From a virus (lineage: Duplodnaviria > Caudoviricetes), in the IMG/VR virus record IMGVR_UViG_3300008952_000067, positions 1 to 53,158 of that record: a DNA stretch of 53,158 nucleotides. One strand, given 5' to 3'. Below are positions 46,901 to 53,158 of the stretch, one piece after another. The stretch's first letter is position 1. The number at the start of each line of letters is the position of its first letter. The notes below the pieces were generated by a model. The model ran no database searches. It was not told the DNA's origin and saw only the letters and a program-made list of their open reading frames with translations. A program made the position numbers and the translations under genes.

Positions 46901-48872
46901 AATTAGACTGCACATACCTGGGTGTTATCCCGGGATGCTGTGCAAAAGTGCCTACCGATGATAGCCTGAAATTTGGGGTTTTTCGCTTCTTCCTCTTTGG
47001 ACTATCGGCATCAGCCTCGAGTACGTCTCTTAAACTGGTCTCAGTTTCTATAGCATCGTGACTATCTCGTACCTCCAAAATAAATCGTAACATCATGTGC
47101 CGTAATGATGCGTCTTCTCTAGCCAGATTCATCAATGCACCAAAGATTATTTGGTGATCATTCTTTCTATTATCGTTGATAAGGCCGTTGAGAACCCATC
47201 GAAACTTCCTTAGTATTGTTACGTAGATTGTTCTGGCATGTAAGCGGAGGTTTGGGTCATCTAGATTTAATAAAGACTCGATATATTCAACAACATCATC
47301 AGCAGTCTTATTATAACTTTCCGCAAACTTAGTATACGGACCTGTATTTAGGCCCCTGGATACGCCTCCGAAGCGGAGGATATTATCAACTAGCGCCACA
47401 TTTCCTGGAATTGCTGTCCGACCCTTTTTATCACTAAATGTTCTTGTTTCAAACGGGAGAATTAATCGACCGGAATTATCATTCATTAATATAAAAGATG
47501 CAAGGCTTCCCTCCAGGACGCGTTCCTCCATGATATCAGACCGAGGATATCCCAGCGCACCCCTGAACGGTCCGCGGGAGCTGGTCACCCTAAATCTCTT
47601 GCCTAATGAACTTCCACGTAGGTACCCAATACCAGCAGAAACTCTGAATTCCTTGCTAAGAGTATTCACTAGAACCTTTATTTTGTCTGCATCGTCAACA
47701 GGAAGGGAGGATAAAAATTTCGAATAATCCTTAAAATCCGTTGCGTCAAACTGACTGCTAGCTACTTTACCATCTTTTTCTTGACGACGATTACCAACTG
47801 TACCTGCCCTAAATCGGTACTTTTTCTCGTTAGGGATAAATCTACGATTAATATTAGTAGAATTCATATCCTTTGATCTTAAAGATCCCTTCACTGGTAA
47901 AAATACCGGAGAATGATGATAGCAAATGTAGTTTAAGTCATTTAATAACTGGCCCATGACTTTGCTGTTGGAAAACTTTGAATATCCTTCTTCAGAAAAT
48001 CCCAGGCTATTTATAAACAGTGCCTCTATAGAGGGATCATCAATCGAAATACCAGAAGGGCGCGCATCGGAATATCTGGATAGTGTACCCTTAGCAAATC
48101 CCAGGTATCCATTATCTGCATCTTTAATATCTAGCGCTGCGCGAGATGAGCGAAGTACCCTTAAGATAATCCTTCGCCAGTTCACCCATTTTTTCTCTTG
48201 CCCGACGTACCAATCATACTGCTGTTCAAGGTCGCTAAAAATGCTACCGACATCTTCCTCTTTTAGCTTTTTCATTGTCTCTTCGACATTTTCGATCTGA
48301 AGTTGGCGCATTATCCACCTAAATTCAAGAAAATGATCTAGATCACTTAAGTCACCACCCCATGTTTTTTGTACTGGGACCCAGTCAAAAGAAGCAATTA
48401 ATTCAGGCCGCATATTGGTCAATGAATGCTCACGTAAGAACCGATCGGAACCATGCATGCTGCCCAATACTACTTCACTGCTACTAGAGCTAGCCGGAAC
48501 ATCTCGCGGTGGGGGTTTCGGTGTATAGAGCCTAATTGAGCTCCATGCAGAAAGGGTGTTTGCAGCCAGCAAGTGAGACGCAACTGTTTTCGAGAAAGCA
48601 GCTGTCGGAATCATGTTCATAACGCTAAAATATTTTCTCTTTCCTTGCCTACTCTTAGATTTAGAGCGCCGTTTTGTTCCGCCGCCACCGGTCCGCCACC
48701 ACCCGCGATCACCAAGAGGGTTTTTTCTATACCTAGTGCTTGAATCGCGACTTGATAAAGTAACTCTATTAGTTTTTGCCTTAGGCTTCACAACTCGGTA
48801 ATGGTTACCGTGATTGGTGGGTGATGATTGGATATTCCAGAATGATGCCCATGCCTTATTCTTAATTGCCAT
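43989..48872 (-). CDS. Large hypothetical protein with Lys/Arg-rich low-complexity inserts (1627 aa)
   Basis: Long ORF in the baseplate cluster; no recognisable catalytic motif. Confidence 0.6.
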   Translation of the reverse strand: MAIKNKAWASFWNIQSSPTNHGNHYRVVKPKAKTNRVTLSSRDSSTRYRKNPLGDRGWWRTGGGGTKRRSKSKSRQGKRKYFSVMNMIPTAAFSKTVASHLLAANTLSAWSSIRLYTPKPPPRDVPASSSSSEVVLGSMHGSDRFLREHSLTNMRPELIASFDWVPVQKTWGGDLSDLDHFLEFRWIMRQLQIENVEETMKKLKEEDVGSIFSDLEQQYDWYVGQEKKWVNWRRIILRVLRSSRAALDIKDADNGYLGFAKGTLSRYSDARPSGISIDDPSIEALFINSLGFSEEGYSKFSNSKVMGQLLNDLNYICYHHSPVFLPVKGSLRSKDMNSTNINRRFIPNEKKYRFRAGTVGNRRQEKDGKVASSQFDATDFKDYSKFLSSLPVDDADKIKVLVNTLSKEFRVSAGIGYLRGSSLGKRFRVTSSRGPFRGALGYPRSDIMEERVLEGSLASFILMNDNSGRLILPFETRTFSDKKGRTAIPGNVALVDNILRFGGVSRGLNTGPYTKFAESYNKTADDVVEYIESLLNLDDPNLRLHARTIYVTILRKFRWVLNGLINDNRKNDHQIIFGALMNLAREDASLRHMMLRFILEVRDSHDAIETETSLRDVLEADADSPKRKKRKTPNFRLSSVGTFAQHPGITPRYVQSNFGVSSGAAATLLSQTRNMSAFNSLMVKANVTKPTRKKLFSLASRWQDSAIRIAVKARKLMDTQAEVPRQIGDRSILNVRKGGVVAALRHSLSRHAHHLPVAMIIDIAREIQDKADDLADRRDDSASFMSDGKLTKYNGWDENTLIAVVFEVFTLLYSRYVNAEFARKNRDLYVKYNAQKNDKVHEAITDVLKISRNRSEASRTAQAEERLSEDVDVRTSAMIKDMAEGKLSTSAALQSVTNDDYDDAVFADIYGFLNAYDKEGEIIYHMLSILDGIGESLVHQSNSINRYFKTQDIDISPDGMAKFQESNLSKHQHEQIRRYLAFKASSKFGRDILRTLTEHSLALNMVAAEKFGRRKDDETWLPADMIIEIEELNAIKAFLNHPAMKGMTGDNIRVLTVGIPAETLEILQNPPYIMGARINSELPVMKDVFEIHVHKRDLEWEDVVFKPKKFVFDRSMFLLSEAFKNVKTKSNFDALAKTVEFTNATLGGLRNMSAMDIYNSTEYNFLSADQRISMIQNHVSNRLLHLYYRLLSGLHMDENTFLVNDGWGDLFVDRDAATMLQMAQLNDNTFYWLNTGTVPAMNILIETNIEWDHTSGTRLRVGNYQDSEIFTRPSYESIASFARDATERIVGPEQPYRKTIETTDTTTTTSTGWIRGGAGTKKRSRTRKTYVDTFDTTSRARSLGITNYSYQSGMHSETYKTTNTYKNGKYQSGNISTVGTRTQIYHAGSGNFGRRGANPQLEWTGASSVRVLVRDMHRIPAWWNPTTWGKKKKKKKNKNRGKGSKNVTQTTTSYKTITRPYSWFNLTTTSQKEYIDWGDEVNQARLTHNRAHRKHESDARNQFVRRFFRSAPRCTREQLQSFRMITAGRIFSPIVMTNQIIAARQFDRVMMLPVDPDDFEIDMDATLEILDGKETFEKDEFLKMTEEVTLKDGQKTRKLKPRHRSENYSSFNDFYVTISTITHEEKK

Positions 48873-48873
48873 C

Positions 48874-51495
48874 TTATGTCCCTACCGTAAATGAAGGTTC
48901 TGGTTCTTCTAACGTTACGGCTTCAGCATCAACCTCAGTCCCGTATGTATAATCAGAATAAACAGGAATCACAGAATACTCTACTGTACCTGGTTCATTA
49001 TATAGCTCGTGATCATAAAACCAATACCGGCCGGAGCTAGAAAAATTGTGTACAGATCCGACTGTTGATGTTACTCCGTAGAAATCAGCCCTAACAATGA
49101 AATGATCAATATCATTTTGATCTCCGGAAACTGTCCAATTAACCTTAACCCTTTGAGGATTAATCCTCTCTGCAACAACGTTATCAATGGTCGCACGCTG
49201 CGCGGGTATATCTACATCGATTGCCGCTTCGATTCCCGTTCTACCTTCTAGAAATTTATCTTGTAACTTCATTCTTGACCGAGGGTTTTTACCAAAAGCC
49301 TGGCCTGTCGATGGTAGTGTACCTGTTCTTAGTGTCGTTGGGTTCATGAATTTCGAAATCTTTACCTTGAATCTTCTTGCTGTTTCCAGATCAACCTCAT
49401 CGCTAATCGCGGTATCGAATAGTCCTTCTGCACTTCTCATTAATACTCGTACAATGTATCTATACGTTCTACCGGCTGAAAGTGGGGATACACCACGGGC
49501 TCTCCGAACTGATATGTCATCTGCAAAAAGGCCAGCATTAAATATTCCCATTGACTCAGTCTCGCCAGAAACGCTGTCTTGTCGCTGGACTAAAAATGCC
49601 AAAAGATCATTTAATTTTGACCGATCGCTCTTAACTTCGGAAAGAAAGTTTTGATTAGTGCCGGCAGACTCTAATGCATTTACTATAGTTTCCATTCCGG
49701 TGTCTGTAAACGTGGGCTCAATCTCAAAAGTGACCGCGCTGTTACCATCATCATCAAAATATAGATTCATATCATTTAAGTCGACGACGATCTTACTTTC
49801 AACTCCAATCTCTTTATGAAATTCATGAACCTCAGTTATCATAGACTGCTGCTCTTTACCACTGGGATATATCATCACACATCGATACTCATATATATGA
49901 CCATGCTGGACCTGGGTATCTTCAAATGAAACCTCAGTAGTTGTTTCATTGATTGGTTGAATCTGTTCGGTTGCCTCAGTTCCAACGATACGTGTAGTAT
50001 CACCATGACTTCTGGCCTGGGGTTTTACAGATAAATCTTCTGCAGTCACATATAAAGCACATGGCCCTTCCGGCACATTTGTAACCCTTACAAGCACCTT
50101 ATCATCTACCGTTTGGGCAAATATAGATACATGCACTAACTCATCATCAGACCTCTTAGAGAAGTTTGTATGCCTTCTATAGGGCCGACATATAGTATTC
50201 CGGAACTGGGACGATACCTTGCGTCGCGGGCCAACTGCTACAGCCCTGTATACGCATAAGTTAGAGTTAGGAGCCCGATCGACAATTCTCATATAACGAT
50301 CGCGTCTTGACAGCTTAACCTTCTTTATTAACTTATAACGATTAGATATGCGAGGGGACCTAAGATTTAAGACTTTTCTATATATCCATACCTCTCTTGC
50401 GACCCTATCAATCTGGCGTACAATAATATAGTTCTTACCCGGCCGGCGGGCCCAAGCAGATATTTTAGGTGCATAATCTGGTGTCAGAAAGTCTTCCATC
50501 TCTGCATCATGATCAACAATCCGGTTAATTACATCTACAACGTTACGCCTGTGGTCAAGGAGTTCAATTAAAAAATATAGCTTTGAAGCACCACGTATTC
50601 TTCTTTGGCTAATTCTTATCTCTTCCTTGATATGAACCCATGCTATCTTTCTTCTTCTCATAACAACGTGGGTTTTAATGGGAAGTGATGATGCATCCGA
50701 GCGGTTTCTATATGCACGACTCCGAAGTTTATTTCTAAGAATTCCGCCCCAGCGACTTTTTTTGAATGTGTAGTTAGATCTACTTTGTCTAGACTTTGAA
50801 TTTCTAAGATTCGTCCAGGCACGAGATTTTCTTTTTCGTTTAGCAAAGCTATAGTGCCTTGAGCTAGCACCGCGCCGGCGAACACCTTGCATTGATGCAG
50901 CAATTGTATTAATCGGAAAGCTAGCTTCACCAGCAGCAGAAGGACATACTCCGTGGGCAAAAATTGATTTAAGGGCAGCACGGCGGTGGGAAACATTTTT
51001 AGAACGATACCCTCGTTTTACCGTAGAGTAACTATAGTTTGCTGTTTTCTTTGAGCGCCCGTCGAGATGCTTCGAGGACTTTACAACCACATACCTCTTT
51101 TCAGTCCTTAGGTATCTCCACGCATTCTTAGGATCACGATATATTTTCCTTGCTACTGAGTTACTGATGTACGCTGATATATCTGAGTACTTTACTGCCA
51201 CCGGCCTGGCGCGCGCGGAACGTACCTTATTCTTTCTTTTTCCTTCATAGTATGACAATGCTTGAACAGCCTGCTCAGGTGTCTTTACACCATCAAACAT
51301 ATCGGTTTTGACAATCGGGTTCTTATTATAGACAGAAATACGTACTGTTACTGTTCTATTTCGAATAGAATTTGGAATGCTAGCCCAATAGTCAACATCA
51401 TACATGATCCTGCCATAGCGATCAATCCCGTCGATCTCTGTAAAGTCCGACGGAATTCTTATAATGCCTTTAACACGCCTACCAGTGAATTTCAT
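48874..51495 (-). CDS. Putative virion protein, basic N-half and Fn3-like C-half (873 aa)
   Basis: Arg/Lys-rich N-half; F.D..V..G..YEY, GRTYRY.V, V.W...DHFIV...Y.V.PV motifs. Confidence 0.55.
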   Translation of the reverse strand: MKFTGRRVKGIIRIPSDFTEIDGIDRYGRIMYDVDYWASIPNSIRNRTVTVRISVYNKNPIVKTDMFDGVKTPEQAVQALSYYEGKRKNKVRSARARPVAVKYSDISAYISNSVARKIYRDPKNAWRYLRTEKRYVVVKSSKHLDGRSKKTANYSYSTVKRGYRSKNVSHRRAALKSIFAHGVCPSAAGEASFPINTIAASMQGVRRRGASSRHYSFAKRKRKSRAWTNLRNSKSRQSRSNYTFKKSRWGGILRNKLRSRAYRNRSDASSLPIKTHVVMRRRKIAWVHIKEEIRISQRRIRGASKLYFLIELLDHRRNVVDVINRIVDHDAEMEDFLTPDYAPKISAWARRPGKNYIIVRQIDRVAREVWIYRKVLNLRSPRISNRYKLIKKVKLSRRDRYMRIVDRAPNSNLCVYRAVAVGPRRKVSSQFRNTICRPYRRHTNFSKRSDDELVHVSIFAQTVDDKVLVRVTNVPEGPCALYVTAEDLSVKPQARSHGDTTRIVGTEATEQIQPINETTTEVSFEDTQVQHGHIYEYRCVMIYPSGKEQQSMITEVHEFHKEIGVESKIVVDLNDMNLYFDDDGNSAVTFEIEPTFTDTGMETIVNALESAGTNQNFLSEVKSDRSKLNDLLAFLVQRQDSVSGETESMGIFNAGLFADDISVRRARGVSPLSAGRTYRYIVRVLMRSAEGLFDTAISDEVDLETARRFKVKISKFMNPTTLRTGTLPSTGQAFGKNPRSRMKLQDKFLEGRTGIEAAIDVDIPAQRATIDNVVAERINPQRVKVNWTVSGDQNDIDHFIVRADFYGVTSTVGSVHNFSSSGRYWFYDHELYNEPGTVEYSVIPVYSDYTYGTEVDAEAVTLEEPEPSFTVGT

Positions 51496-51501
51496 CGCTA
51501 T

Positions 51502-52473
51502 CTACCTAAAAACTAACATAAACATATTAACAAATGTTTTCATACCATTCTCATCTTCAAATATCTTACCAACGAAACATACCCGAGTAGAAGCCGAACC
51601 AGGATCACTACTTTCAGAGAACTCACCATAATCAATCATCGCTAATTTCTTTACAGCACCTGGTTTTACCTCAAGCATCTGAAATACGAGGTTATTATCA
51701 CGTGATGTATTAATATATTGTACCCTGAGCTTGTCCCTATATCGGACTCGGCGCATCAAGCTTTCTAAAGAAACTTCAGCATGCTGGGTTATACGAGAAT
51801 ATACACCTAATCGATCACCGGAAACGTATCCTGGCTTGGGCTTATTTACCGGTGGCAGATACTCAAAAAATGGTAGGTGTTGTAGCCTAAAATCCTGATG
51901 TAAGGATTCAACCTTTTCTACATTCGCTTTATGATGTTGGTATCGCTTAAATGGACGAGAATTTGTTATTCTAAATGTTGCAGAGGTAGGTGATATCTCA
52001 AATCCTGACTCTCCTGTGAATTGATCTCTAGAGCCTATAATCTGTTGATTCTTGAAATTATTAGCAGAAGATTGTAGCAGCTCGTCGGTAGCCTCTGCGA
52101 AGTCATCAGGAGGTATCTCGGAAAGAGTAACATTTTTAGACTTTGCATATGCCTGGGTGTATAGAGTTTCTATTCTTGACTTCCGAAACAGCCTTCCCCA
52201 CTTTACAACTACATCATCGCCATCAAAGGGAAGCATGTCACCTTCATCATCGGTCTCGAAAATAATCTGATCTTGTGGGCGACTAATCGCCTCAAAAAAG
52301 ATCCTATCATCCGCATCATCAGTGGCATCATCATCTTCCTGAGTATAAAACGTATGCCTATCAGTGAAGGTGACATAACGAATCCGCAGGTTGCCCTCCG
52401 CAATCTGTCGCCTGCCTTCTTTGGTGATGATGGTGTCCATCATCCTACTTTTTCCGTCTAAGATACCAGCCAT
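51502..52473 (-). CDS. Baseplate-region protein, distant relative of 41368..42081 (323 aa)
   Basis: MAGILD.K.R..D.IIT..GRRQ.A.G...I.Y.TF.D..Y resembles MGFLD...D.VLT..GR..LA. Confidence 0.6.
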   Translation of the reverse strand: MAGILDGKSRMMDTIITKEGRRQIAEGNLRIRYVTFTDRHTFYTQEDDDATDDADDRIFFEAISRPQDQIIFETDDEGDMLPFDGDDVVVKWGRLFRKSRIETLYTQAYAKSKNVTLSEIPPDDFAEATDELLQSSANNFKNQQIIGSRDQFTGESGFEISPTSATFRITNSRPFKRYQHHKANVEKVESLHQDFRLQHLPFFEYLPPVNKPKPGYVSGDRLGVYSRITQHAEVSLESLMRRVRYRDKLRVQYINTSRDNNLVFQMLEVKPGAVKKLAMIDYGEFSESSDPGSASTRVCFVGKIFEDENGMKTFVNMFMLVFR

Positions 52474-52616
52474 GCTTTATAACTATCCTTCTCACTGATT
52501 TTCATGGGGCAGGAAAGGCAAAGATTTCCGGTACACATAGACCTACCCCTAAATTGAAACACAAGTACAGGTAACTATAAACAGGGAATGGGCTCCGGTT
52601 AACTCGTGAGCAGCAC

Positions 52617-52645
52617 AAAAAAACCGCCGGGGTTGCCCCCGGCGG
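52617..52645 (-). terminator. Intrinsic terminator
   Basis: Minus strand CCGCCGGGG-GCAA-CCCCGGCGG-TTTTTTT; GNRA tetraloop. Confidence 0.9.
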
Positions 52646-52677
52646 AAATAAAGATTTATTTTTTAGTTACTAAGATC

Positions 52678-53158
52678 TTATTTCTTAGATTTAAGAACAA
52701 CCACAGAATCACCCAAGGCTAATGCTGTCTCACCAAATGCACCATTTGCGAGAGTATTCCCTGGCGTCTTGGATGCTACCATAACACCATTGATCCATAC
52801 CTGCATGAAGCTGGAACCAGCATCGGCAGCAACCACATCTGCATGCGATAGGACATCACCAGAGGCGCTTGAATAAGATGCATCGACAGCAAAGGACAAT
52901 GATTTTTGTCCCTCAATCTCCGCCTCTAATGCCTCGAGGGCTGAACGGATGTCAAGCAGATTGCTCCCGCCTCCCCCACTAGCAACAGCCGCATCATAAA
53001 GAGGGGAACCAGCCCCACCGCTGAAGACGGTGTGGGCATATGCCGTCGACGAACTGGAGATACTACCCCCAACGACCGACCGCAGATTACCCATCTCCGT
53101 TTGAAGGGCGGTAATCTCACCATCATTTGCGATGATATCAGCGTCTAAGTCCACATCT
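52678..53158 (-). CDS. 3' end of a putative virion/fibre protein (truncated by window)
   Basis: Open to window edge; coiled-coil heptads then a QVWINGV...GDSVVV small beta domain. Confidence 0.5.
   Translation of the reverse strand, partial: DVDLDADIIANDGEITALQTEMGNLRSVVGGSISSSSTAYAHTVFSGGAGSPLYDAAVASGGGGSNLLDIRSALEALEAEIEGQKSLSFAVDASYSSASGDVLSHADVVAADAGSSFMQVWINGVMVASKTPGNTLANGAFGETALALGDSVVVLKSKK

Noticed and set aside
2003-52461. Numerous plus-strand ORFs of 60-177 aa and short alternate-frame minus ORFs
   Set aside because: They lie within long motif-supported minus-strand genes and show no recognisable motifs; treated as shadow ORFs
1-53158. Stop-codon reassignment, as in some large phages
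   Set aside because: Core genes are full length under code 11, and TAA, TAG and TGA all end genes at sensible boundaries
1-53158. tRNA genes, CRISPR arrays, diversity-generating retroelement
   Set aside because: Intergenic gaps are short; no cloverleaf, repeat-spacer array, reverse transcriptase or adenine-specific repeat pair seen

Overview
A 53 kb segment of a large T4-like myophage (probably a jumbo phage, standard code 11). It covers most of the virion morphogenesis region, with all credible genes on the minus strand. In transcription order (right to left): partial virion protein; baseplate/virion cluster (several large basic or acidic proteins, a split LamG protein); RuvC-like resolvase; DnaG-like primase; fused SbcD-SbcC (Mre11-Rad50) nuclease; large terminase; portal; prohead protease; small putative core proteins with two tandem paralog pairs; a phage-encoded ribosomal protein bS21; scaffold; major capsid; a pair of putative decoration paralogs; neck proteins gp13/gp14/gp15-like; two tandem tail sheath genes; tail tube; and a gp26-like chaperone. 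Most notable: (1) bS21 translationally coupled in the head module of a phage with strong Shine-Dalgarno use; (2) a probable +1/-2 programmed frameshift at a U7 run after the tail tube; (3) a nested scaffold gene with its own promoter-like motif and RBS; (4) a recurring ATANNTA late-promoter-like motif; (5) apparently nested accessory domains in one sheath, related to domains in other virion proteins. All calls are from motif recognition and synteny by eye; no database searches were run.
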